Of a stretch of DNA of 33,275 nucleotides, positions 24,833 through 32,580 are shown piece after piece. The stretch's first letter is position 1, and every line of letters begins with the position of its first letter. Origin of the DNA: Gemmatimonadales bacterium (GTDB lineage: Bacteria > Gemmatimonadota > Gemmatimonadetes > Gemmatimonadales > GWC2-71-9); assembly GCA_040007575.1 (NCBI GenBank), contig JBDTUV010000002.1, positions 1 through 33,275 on the forward strand. Reading direction: 5' to 3'. Below the pieces are notes generated by a model. It worked only from the letters and a program-made list of their open reading frames with translations, did not search any database and had not been told where the DNA came from. A program made the translations under genes and the position numbers.

Positions 24833-25978
24833 ATGCCGATTGAACGCATTGAGCTCTACGAGCTGACCCTCCCGCTGCTCGAGCCGTTCATCATATCCGG
24901 CGGGACCATGACGGATAGGCGCTCTCTTGTCGTGGTGCTGCATGACGACCAGGGGAGCCGCGGTTACGGCGAGTCGCCACCCTTCGAGCTGCCGTTCTAC
25001 TCCGAGGAGACACTGGTCAGCGCGCGCGACATCCTGGAGCGGGTCCTGATTCCTCGCCTGATGAAGGCAGGGGTGGACTCACCGGAGGAAGTGGACCGGG
25101 TTCTTCGGGTGGGTGTCAGGGGCAACCCGTTTGCCCGGTCGGGGCTGGAAACGGCGGCGTGGGATCTGGAGGCTGCTCGCCGGAACACGAGTCTGGCGGT
25201 CCTGCTGGGTGAACGGGTCAGGGCCAAGCCCGCGACCAGCATTTCCTGCGGTGTGGCCCTGGGTATCCCGCAGGACCGCTCGACCGAGACGCTTCGGCGC
25301 TGGATCGACGAGGCACTCGCGCGGGGGTACCGGCGGGTCAAGATCAAGGTTGCGCCCGGATGGGACCTCGGTCCGGTGCAGGCCGCACGGCAGGCGATGG
25401 CCGGGGCGGACCTTCCCCTGACGGTGGATGCGAATGGTGGGTACGAATGGCCGGAGCACGAATCCAATCTGCGGGGGCTGGACGAAGCCGGGCTGCTCTA
25501 CATCGAGCAGCCGCTGGCACCGGATGATCTGGTTGGCCACGCGACTCTCGCACAGGAGATCCAAACTCCGATCTGCCTGGACGAGACCTTGAAGGATGCC
25601 ACCGCCGCTCGCCAGATCATCGAGCTCGGCGGCCCCAAGGTCTGGAACATCAAGGTGCATCGGATGGGTGGACTCTCGGAGGTGAGCCGGGTGTATGCCT
25701 TGGCCCAGGACTACGGCGCCGAGCTGTGGGCCGGGACCATGCCCGAGTCGGGGATCGGCTCGCAGGCGGCGCTGGCGGCGGCTTCGCTCCCGGGCTTCGT
25801 CTATCCCTCGGATTTGGAGCCCAGCACCCGCTGGTTCGGCCGGAATGCAGATGTTGTCAAGCTGACCATGGACAATGAGGGTCACATGGAGGTGCCCAGG
25901 ACCAGCATAGCGCAAATGTTGGATGCGGAGATCTTCCAGTCGTCTGTTCGCCTGCTCGGGGTCACTCCCGCCCCGTGA
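24833..25978 (+). CDS. Enolase-superfamily enzyme, OSBS / N-acylamino-acid racemase (MenC-like) subgroup
   Basis: Lies in track ORF 24779..25978; ATG 24833 (MPIERIELYELTLPL). KxK motif in RVKIKVAPGWD, then metal ligands at VDANGGY, YIEQPL and CLDETL. NIKVHRMGG carries the second catalytic Lys. Confidence 0.85.
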   Translation: MPIERIELYELTLPLLEPFIISGGTMTDRRSLVVVLHDDQGSRGYGESPPFELPFYSEETLVSARDILERVLIPRLMKAGVDSPEEVDRVLRVGVRGNPFARSGLETAAWDLEAARRNTSLAVLLGERVRAKPATSISCGVALGIPQDRSTETLRRWIDEALARGYRRVKIKVAPGWDLGPVQAARQAMAGADLPLTVDANGGYEWPEHESNLRGLDEAGLLYIEQPLAPDDLVGHATLAQEIQTPICLDETLKDATAARQIIELGGPKVWNIKVHRMGGLSEVSRVYALAQDYGAELWAGTMPESGIGSQAALAAASLPGFVYPSDLEPSTRWFGRNADVVKLTMDNEGHMEVPRTSIAQMLDAEIFQSSVRLLGVTPAP

Positions 25979-26053
25979 CCTGCCGTACAGCCCCAAGAGA
26001 TCCCAACCAGCATATTTCGTGCACTATCCGCATAACTTTCTCGGGAGCCAATC

Positions 26054-26281
26054 ATGGAGTTCGGCGACAGGATCCGTCGGTGGACCGGATGGTTGTGTCT
26101 GGGTATGGTGGCAACCATGGCCCTCTTGGGGTATCTCTTCGGGAACATCCGCTTCACTCCACTCGCCGCGGGCTTCGCCATCCTGGCGGCCGTCTGCCTG
26201 GTGGAACGCGGACAGGAACCGGTGAGGACCGATGGCGTTCACTCGAGACGAGATTCGGGAGTCAGTCGAGCGAGCGGGTGA
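26054..26281 (+). CDS. Small membrane protein with two predicted TM segments (hypothetical)
   Basis: ATG preceded by GGGAG at a 6-nt spacing. WTGWLCLGMVATMALLGYLF and FTPLAAGFAILAAVCLV are hydrophobic. The 3' 50 nt overlap the next ORF. Confidence 0.4.
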   Translation: MEFGDRIRRWTGWLCLGMVATMALLGYLFGNIRFTPLAAGFAILAAVCLVERGQEPVRTDGVHSRRDSGVSRASG

Positions 26282-26528
26282 CGCCCACTGGCAAGCCCTG
26301 ATCCGCCACCACGAGGATGCGTACCCGGCGAGCCGTCCCACTCCCGGGGACGTGGCCAAGGGTGAGGCGGAGCGGTTGAACGCCCTGGGCCTCGGCGACG
26401 CTCCCGACCTCAAGCTGGTCGAATCCCGAGTCGAGCGACTCCCCTCCAGTCTTCGTATCACCCACGTGTTCGGTTATACCCCTCTCGGCATCCGGCTTTT
26501 GACTGAGCCCTTCACCGGCTACGACTGA
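26232..26528 (+). CDS. Hypothetical 98-aa soluble protein
   Basis: ATG preceded by GTGAGGA. The frame opens only 2 codons upstream (TGA 26223). Third positions are G/C-rich throughout. I recognise no family. Confidence 0.5.
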   Translation: MAFTRDEIRESVERAGDAHWQALIRHHEDAYPASRPTPGDVAKGEAERLNALGLGDAPDLKLVESRVERLPSSLRITHVFGYTPLGIRLLTEPFTGYD

Positions 26529-26574
26529 CCTGTCGCGCTCGCCAGCTCTCCCCGGCCGGAGCTAATTTCCCGCG

Positions 26575-29241
26575 ATGCCCGGGTTCACTTTCCATCTGAT
26601 TCCACACACCCACTGGGACCGGGAATGGTATCTCCCGGAAAGCACCTTTCTTACCCGGCTCGTCCCCACCGTAGACGACCTTCTCGCCCGGCTCAACTCC
26701 GATCCTGCCGCGACGTTTCTTCTCGACGGCCAAACCGTGCTGCTGGAGGATTACCTGCGTGTCCGTCCCGATCGGGAACCGGCCGTCAGCGAGCTGGTGC
26801 GAGCAGGACGCCTTCAGGTGGGGCCGTGGTATGTGCTGGCCGATGAGCTGGTCCCGTCCGGCGAGTCGCTGATCCGGAATCTCCTGGCGGGCCAGGCCGA
26901 CAGTAAACGGCTCGGCGGTCGGGCGGAGGTGCTGTACTCGCCGGACGCCTTTGGCCATCCCGCCTCGTGGCCCACGCTCGCCGCGGAGTTCGGAATCCGG
27001 TACGGTGTGATCTGGCGCGGTCTGGGTGGGGAGCCGGGGCAGGAGCGGGACCTCTATCGCTGGCGCGGCCCCGACGGGCGCGAGGTGCTGGTCTACCACC
27101 TGCCGCCTGACGGGTACGAGGTTGGCGCCGGATTGCCCGCCGACGCCGAGCGCCTGCCCCTGGTGTGGAATCGAGTGCGCTCCACCCTGGTATCGCGGGC
27201 ATCCACCAGGCATATCCCCGTCTTCGTTGGCGCCGACCACCACTCGGCGCATCCCGCCATGAGCCGGCTCCGCGCGCTCCTGGAGCAGATAGAGCCCGAC
27301 AGCGAATTCCGGATCTCGAAGCTTCAGGATTTTTTCACCGGGGCATCGGCCGAGGCCGTAGGGCTGCCGGTGGTCTGCGGCGAGCTGCGCTGGTCGTACG
27401 GATACACCTGGACCCTTCAAGGCGTCCATTCCACCCGCGCTCCGCTCAAGCGACGGCATGCCATCACCGAGCTGGCGCTGTCCCGGATCGCAGAGCCGCT
27501 CGCCGCGCTGGCGCTCGCCACCAGGGGGGGAGACCGTCGCCCCCTGATCGGTTATGCCTGGCGGGCGCTGCTCCAAAGCCAGTTTCATGATTCGATCGCG
27601 GGGACTACCAGCGATCCGGTTGCTCGCCGGGTCGAGCTGCGGCTGGACGACGTCCGCACCATGGCATCCGAGATATCCCGCACCAGCCTCGACGAGCTGG
27701 CCGGAAATATCCCCGACCGCGCGCGTGCCAAGCCGGAGGGCACCGCGCCACGGCTGGTGCTGTGGAATCCGTCTCCGCGACGGAGGCGATCCGTGGTTGT
27801 GACCGATCTGAGCTGGTTTCGCCGGGATGTGCTGATCGGGCCACCCGGCGATCGCATGTCTCGAGTAGGGCCGGGGTACCATCCGTTTCATCTTGTGGGT
27901 CCATCGGGCGAAGTGCCGGTCCAGACGCTCGGCCGGCGCGGCGGCCAGGAGCGACTCGATGCGCCACACCATTACCCGGACCAGGACGAGGTGGACTGGA
28001 GCCGGGTCGCCTTTCGCGCGCCCGAAGTGGGGGGCCTCGGGGTTGCTGTCCTGGAGTCAGGCGAGCACCACTCCGCCCATCTCGCCGGCACCGCCTGGCA
28101 AAAAGGACGGACGCTCGGCAACGAATTCCTGGAGGTCAGGATCGCCCCCAACGGATCGCTGCAGCTGAGTGATCGCCGCAACCAGCAGCGCTTTCGTGAT
28201 CTTTTCCTGCTGGAGTCGAGTGGGGATGTGGGGGACAGCTATAGCTACTGTCCCCCGGCGCGCGACCGGGTTCAGCGGGTCCAGGGCTCCGTGCGGGTGC
28301 GTCCGCTCGCCGCGGGTCCGCTGGTCGCGGCCCTGGAGGCCCGCTGGAAACTGGCCGCGGGACGAGGGGTTCGGGGCGAGCGCTCCGGGACCATTGCTGT
28401 GCGGCTCATCGTCACCCTTTACGCCGGCTGCCCCTCGGTGCGCTGTACCCTCGAGCTCGAGAACCGGGCATCCAGCCACCGGCTGCGGCTCCGCACCAGC
28501 ACCGGCCTGCCGGGCGGGACCGCCACCGCGGGCGATCATTTTGGCGTGACCCCGCGCCCGGCTGTCAGCGCCAACCCACGTGCCTACCCGCGGGAGACGC
28601 CGGTGACGACGGCGCCGGCTCACCGGTTCGTGGCGCGGGCCTCAGGCGCGAGGGGGCTCGCCATCTTCGCGCCCGGCTTTTTCGAGTACGAGCTCGAGCG
28701 CAAGGGAGACCTGTTGCTCACCCTGCTGCGCTCGGTGGGAGAGCTGTCTCGCGGCGATCTACCCACCCGCCCCGGACACGCCGGATGGCCAGTGGCAACG
28801 CCGCTGGCCCAATGCCACGGAGTCGAGCGGCTTCAGCTCGCCATTGCCCCGGTGACCGAGACCGAGCTGGAGGGTGGTACCGCTCTACCTGAGCTCTGGG
28901 AAGACATCTTCCTTCCGGTTCGAGGCGTGTGGCTGCGCCAGGCCTCGCCGCTGTCGCCGGTTCCGATCGACGTGCGGCTGGAAGGCTACGGACTGGTCTT
29001 CTCCGGGCTCAAGCCGGCCGAGCAGGGAGAGGGCATGGTGCTCCGCTGTTACAACGCGACCGCCCGGCCAACCGCCGGTCTCTGGCATCTGGGCGATCCG
29101 GTGAGCAGCGCGCAACGCGCCCGGGCCGACGAGAGCCCGCTGCACGACATCAGGCTCGGAGAAGGCGGCCGGATAGTGCCCTTTCACGCCGCGGCACACG
29201 AGATCGTCACGATAATGGTGGCACTCGCCCCATCCGGCTAA
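26575..29241 (+). CDS. Glycoside hydrolase family 38 alpha-mannosidase (MngB-like), cytoplasmic
   Basis: The N-terminus FHLIPHTHWDREWY is the GH38 catalytic-domain signature. The 888-aa length fits, and there is no signal peptide. Confidence 0.9.
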   Translation: MPGFTFHLIPHTHWDREWYLPESTFLTRLVPTVDDLLARLNSDPAATFLLDGQTVLLEDYLRVRPDREPAVSELVRAGRLQVGPWYVLADELVPSGESLIRNLLAGQADSKRLGGRAEVLYSPDAFGHPASWPTLAAEFGIRYGVIWRGLGGEPGQERDLYRWRGPDGREVLVYHLPPDGYEVGAGLPADAERLPLVWNRVRSTLVSRASTRHIPVFVGADHHSAHPAMSRLRALLEQIEPDSEFRISKLQDFFTGASAEAVGLPVVCGELRWSYGYTWTLQGVHSTRAPLKRRHAITELALSRIAEPLAALALATRGGDRRPLIGYAWRALLQSQFHDSIAGTTSDPVARRVELRLDDVRTMASEISRTSLDELAGNIPDRARAKPEGTAPRLVLWNPSPRRRRSVVVTDLSWFRRDVLIGPPGDRMSRVGPGYHPFHLVGPSGEVPVQTLGRRGGQERLDAPHHYPDQDEVDWSRVAFRAPEVGGLGVAVLESGEHHSAHLAGTAWQKGRTLGNEFLEVRIAPNGSLQLSDRRNQQRFRDLFLLESSGDVGDSYSYCPPARDRVQRVQGSVRVRPLAAGPLVAALEARWKLAAGRGVRGERSGTIAVRLIVTLYAGCPSVRCTLELENRASSHRLRLRTSTGLPGGTATAGDHFGVTPRPAVSANPRAYPRETPVTTAPAHRFVARASGARGLAIFAPGFFEYELERKGDLLLTLLRSVGELSRGDLPTRPGHAGWPVATPLAQCHGVERLQLAIAPVTETELEGGTALPELWEDIFLPVRGVWLRQASPLSPVPIDVRLEGYGLVFSGLKPAEQGEGMVLRCYNATARPTAGLWHLGDPVSSAQRARADESPLHDIRLGEGGRIVPFHAAAHEIVTIMVALAPSG

Positions 29242-29249
29242 CTTTGCGC

Positions 29250-29612
29250 ATGCTCGAGCTGCCATCGCTGCCTTGCTATCCCTGTCCCCATAGCTCGTCC
29301 TGTTGTGCCTACGGCGTCACCTTGAGTGAAGACGAGGCCGCGGCCATCACCAGCGTCCATGGTGGGAACACGGTGTATCGCACCCGTTGGGGCGAGTGGC
29401 GCACCCGGGTTCGGGGCGGTCGCTGTGTCTTTCTCCGGGACAACGTCTGTACCATCCACGCGGAGTCGTACTATCCGGTGGTATGCCGGGGTTTTCCCTG
29501 GACCGACGCGGAGACCGGCGGGCCGTACGAGTACGATCGGACAATCTGCCCGGAGTTCGTGCTGCGCCCGGAGCTGGTGCAGATTTACAACGGGAAAGAA
29601 AGAGCGAAGTAA
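29250..29612 (+). CDS. YkgJ-family (CxxCxxCC, UPF0153) zinc/iron-chelating Cys-cluster protein
   Basis: Lies in track ORF 28929..29612; ATG 29250. Motifs CYPCPHSSSCC and RCVFLRDNVCTIHAESYYPVVCRGFP match the family pattern. Confidence 0.8.
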   Translation: MLELPSLPCYPCPHSSSCCAYGVTLSEDEAAAITSVHGGNTVYRTRWGEWRTRVRGGRCVFLRDNVCTIHAESYYPVVCRGFPWTDAETGGPYEYDRTICPEFVLRPELVQIYNGKERAK

Positions 29613-29625
29613 GGAACAGCGTCCG

Positions 29626-29668
29626 CAGTGAGCGGTCGTTCGGGCTCGGGATGACGCGCGAGCGCTCG
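29626..29668. repeat. Dispersed repeat module a, copy B (minus-strand reading GTCATCCCGAGCCCGAACGACCGCTCAC), with adjacent 10-bp palindrome CGAGCGCTCG
   Basis: Shares the GTCATCC-GAG and GAACGACCG cores with 12331-12366. The palindrome is at 29659-29668. Confidence 0.55.
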
Positions 29669-29695
29669 GAAAACCACCTGTACATAGGACCCACG

Positions 29696-30982
29696 ATGAA
29701 GCCCCGTCACCTTCTTACTTCTCACTTCTCACTTCTCACTCTGATTCTCATGGCCTCAGCCGGCACCGCCCGCGCCCAATCGAAGGATCGCGCCCTCGAG
29801 CATGCCAGGAAGCTCCTGAGCTCGACGCCGCTCATCGACGGGCACAACGACCTTCCCTGGGCCATTCGAGAGTCCGAGAAGGCGCCGCGGGACGTGGCGG
29901 CCTACGATCTCCGGACCAGGACCACCGGGCACACCGATCTGAGCCGGCTGGCAGAGGGCCAGGTGGGTGCGCAGTTCTGGTCGATCTACATCCCCGGAGA
30001 GATCAAGGACAGCGGGTTTGCCAAGGTGCAGCTGGAGGAGTTCGACATCGCCCGGCGGGTCATCGCGCGCTATCCCGATCGCCTGGCGCTGGCGCTGTCC
30101 GCCTCCGACATCGAGGCCAGCTTCAAGCGCCACAAGGTCGCCTCGCTCCTGGGCATGGAAGGCGGCCACGCCATCGAGAACTCGCTCGGCGCGCTCCGGT
30201 CCTACTACGATCTCGGCGCCCGCTACATGACCCTCACTCACAACGTGACGCTCGACTGGGCCGACGCGGCGCTGGACTCCACCCGACACAACGGTCTGAC
30301 CGAATTCGGACGTGAGGTGGTGCGCGAGATGAACCGGCTCGGCATGCTGGTGGACCTGTCCCACGTGTCTCCCGCCACCATGAGCGACGCGCTCGACGTC
30401 ACCGAGGCCCCGGTCATCTTTTCCCACTCCGCGGCCAGAGCACTGACCGATCATCCGCGGAACGTCCCCGACTCGATCCTGGCCCGGCTGCCCCGGAATG
30501 GTGGCGTGGTCATGGTCACGTTTGTTCCGGCGTTCGTCTCGACCGACGTGGCGGCCTGGGAGGCGCGGGCGAAGGAGCAGGGAAGTGCGATAAAGGAGGC
30601 GGTCTCCGACTCAGCCGAGCAGAAGCGCCGGTTCGACGAGTGGAAGGCGCTGCACCCCCGGCCCAGTGCCACCCTGAAGCAGGTGGCCGATCACATCGAG
30701 CATGTACGGAAGGTTGCCGGCGTCGATCATGTGGGCATCGGCAGCGACTTCGACGGCATAGACACGGTACCGGTCGGACTGGAAGATGTCTCCATGTTCC
30801 CCCAGCTGTTCGCCGAGCTGATCCGCCGGGGCTGGACCGACGCGGACCTCAGGAAGCTGGCGGGGCAGAACCTGCTACGAGCGCTACGGGGCGCGGAGGC
30901 CACGGCCGCACGACTGCAGAAGAGCCGGCAGCCATCCACCAGGACGATTGAACAGTTGGATGGGGTGAAGCCGACGACGTGA
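29696..30982 (+). CDS. Membrane dipeptidase, peptidase family M19, secreted/periplasmic
   Basis: Lies in track ORF 29387..30982; ATG 29696 gives the signal peptide MKPRHLLTSHFSLLTLILMASAGTARA-QS. M19 motifs LIDGHNDLPW, LGMEGGH, VDLSHVS and IFSHSAARAL.DHPRNVPD are present. Confidence 0.9.
   Translation: MKPRHLLTSHFSLLTLILMASAGTARAQSKDRALEHARKLLSSTPLIDGHNDLPWAIRESEKAPRDVAAYDLRTRTTGHTDLSRLAEGQVGAQFWSIYIPGEIKDSGFAKVQLEEFDIARRVIARYPDRLALALSASDIEASFKRHKVASLLGMEGGHAIENSLGALRSYYDLGARYMTLTHNVTLDWADAALDSTRHNGLTEFGREVVREMNRLGMLVDLSHVSPATMSDALDVTEAPVIFSHSAARALTDHPRNVPDSILARLPRNGGVVMVTFVPAFVSTDVAAWEARAKEQGSAIKEAVSDSAEQKRRFDEWKALHPRPSATLKQVADHIEHVRKVAGVDHVGIGSDFDGIDTVPVGLEDVSMFPQLFAELIRRGWTDADLRKLAGQNLLRALRGAEATAARLQKSRQPSTRTIEQLDGVKPTT
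29711..29738. repeat. Tandem heptamer array CTTCTTA (CTTCTCA)x3 inside the dipeptidase signal-peptide codons
   Basis: Direct reading. Related to the heptamer array at 12366-12407. Confidence 0.75.
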
Positions 30983-31003
30983 AGGACGGGGAAGAAAAGG
31001 CAC

Positions 31004-31705
31004 TTACGCTTTTGGTTTCCCGCTTCTCAGAATCACTCCTCCAAACACCACCGCCATCCCCGCAAACGCGAACCACTGGATCGCATAGCTCAGGTGCGGT
31101 CCGTCGTCGATCGGAAGCGGTTCCAGCCGCCGGGGGAAGTGGGGCAGGGCCGGGTCGGGCGACTGGCGGATGTAGACCGGGGCGATCGAATACGGCAGCC
31201 GGGCGGCAAGGGCTTCGCGGTCCAGCCGGCCCCAGGTGAGGTGGCCGGCTCGGTCCAGCGGCGCCCCGCCTCCAGACGGGACGGGGAGTGCGGTACCCTG
31301 CACCAGGACCCGTCCGAGTTCGCGGACCGAATCGGTCTGGGCGGTGACGGCATCAGGCGTCGGCAGGAAGCCCCGGTTCACCAGCACCGCCACCCGGCCT
31401 CCGGGGAGCACCAGCGGTGTCACCACTTCCACGCCCGGTGAGCCGCCGTACACCCTCCCCCGCAGCACGACGTCGTGCTCGTGATCGTAGTGGCCCGTCG
31501 CCGACACCTGCCTGCCATCGAGATCTGCGGTGATCGGCGTGGCGCCGTCGAGCCGGACCCGCGGCGCCGACCGGGCCTCGAGCGCCACGGCATTGGCCGC
31601 GCGCCGCTCCCGTAGCCGGCTCAGCTGCCAGAAGCCCAGGCGGGCAAACACCAGGGCGACCAGGCCGAAGCAGACGATTACAGCCAGCCGGGCACGGGAC
31701 GACAT
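31004..31705 (-). CDS. SURF1/Shy1-family cytochrome oxidase assembly protein
   Basis: Lies in track ORF 31004..31765; ATG 31705 (MSSRARLAVIVCFGLVALVFARLGFWQLSRL). The C-terminal motif HLSYAIQWFAFAGMAVV is followed by a second TM segment. Confidence 0.85.
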   Translation of the reverse strand: MSSRARLAVIVCFGLVALVFARLGFWQLSRLRERRAANAVALEARSAPRVRLDGATPITADLDGRQVSATGHYDHEHDVVLRGRVYGGSPGVEVVTPLVLPGGRVAVLVNRGFLPTPDAVTAQTDSVRELGRVLVQGTALPVPSGGGAPLDRAGHLTWGRLDREALAARLPYSIAPVYIRQSPDPALPHFPRRLEPLPIDDGPHLSYAIQWFAFAGMAVVFGGVILRSGKPKA

Positions 31706-31823
31706 TGAGTTGGTCCGACCTTTGCGATGGCGAATGGGGATTGCCATCCCCTGGGTAAACCCCAAAGCTAACGCGAGCGGGAGGCCCGATGCTTACGGTC
31801 CGGTGTGCTGTCCCGAAGCCAGA

Positions 31824-31894
31824 CTGTCACCCCGAGAGAGCAAAGCGTCCGAGGGGGCCGAAATGCGGCACCCTCGCTGCGCTCTGGATGACAG
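31824..31894. repeat. Imperfect inverted repeat related to module a (CTGTCACCCCGAGAGAGC..GCG..GAGGG / CCCTCGCTGCGCTCTGGATGACAG)
   Basis: The arms at 31824-31855 and 31871-31894 pair in several 3-6 bp segments around a 15-nt loop. The right arm contains ATG 31888. Confidence 0.55.
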
Positions 31895-32469
31895 TTCTCC
31901 TGGTTCTGATCTCACTGCCAATCGATGCAGCGGCTCAGAAAACCCCCGAGGGTCTGGTCGAGGTGCGTGAAGGCGGCCGGCGTGGATTCTGGTTCGGCCT
32001 CGGACTGGGCGCCGGAGGGGAGTCGTACGATCTCCAGCCGAGCGCCGGATACAGCAACGTGCTCTACCGCCCCACTATCTCCGCCCGGCTCGGTGGAACC
32101 GTGAGCCAGCACCTCCGGCTGGGCGGCGAAGTCCTCTCCTGGATCAACGAGAACGGCCCGGCCACCGAATCGCTGAGCAGCGCGTTGTTCGTCGCCCAGT
32201 TCTACCCCGCCGCCTCGACCGGGTTCTACCTCAAGGGCGGGCTCGGGATCGGACGCAACGCGGTCGATTTCCAGGACGGGTACGGGACCGGAGACACCGG
32301 CTTTGCGGGCCTTGTGGGCGCCGGCTACGAGCTTCGGATCGGTCGCCGGCTCTATCTCAATCCGGTGCTCGATTTTGTGGGTCACCGGTACAGCGACCGC
32401 TTCGGCGGTACCTACCGCGAACGCCTGGTCAACTTTGGGTTGGGCATACTGTTACAGACGGGCAGCTAA
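31888..32469 (+). CDS. Outer-membrane beta-barrel protein (OmpA-like 8-strand / OMP_b-brl type)
   Basis: Lies in track ORF 31789..32469; ATG 31888 gives MTVLLVLISLPIDAAAQ. Alternating aromatic/Gly beta-strand patterns (FWFGLGLGAGG, GFYLKGGLGIG, GLVGAGYELRI) and a C-terminal strand NFGLGILLQTGS. Confidence 0.65.
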   Translation: MTVLLVLISLPIDAAAQKTPEGLVEVREGGRRGFWFGLGLGAGGESYDLQPSAGYSNVLYRPTISARLGGTVSQHLRLGGEVLSWINENGPATESLSSALFVAQFYPAASTGFYLKGGLGIGRNAVDFQDGYGTGDTGFAGLVGAGYELRIGRRLYLNPVLDFVGHRYSDRFGGTYRERLVNFGLGILLQTGS

Positions 32470-32580
32470 GGCTTCGTCTCAAGCCACTTCCGATCCAGCG
32501 GACCCGTCGTTATTTTAGATAGCCCCACCCTTCACCCGGCCGACTACGGGCCGCAGAACACTCATAGACCGCGTGATCTC

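Noticed and set aside
26542-26566. A weak hairpin plus AATTT before the GH38 start, considered as a terminator.
   Set aside because: The stem is only 5-6 bp, the loop is G/C-rich and the T-tract is only 3 nt, which is insufficient to call a terminator. It is mentioned only as context in a finding.
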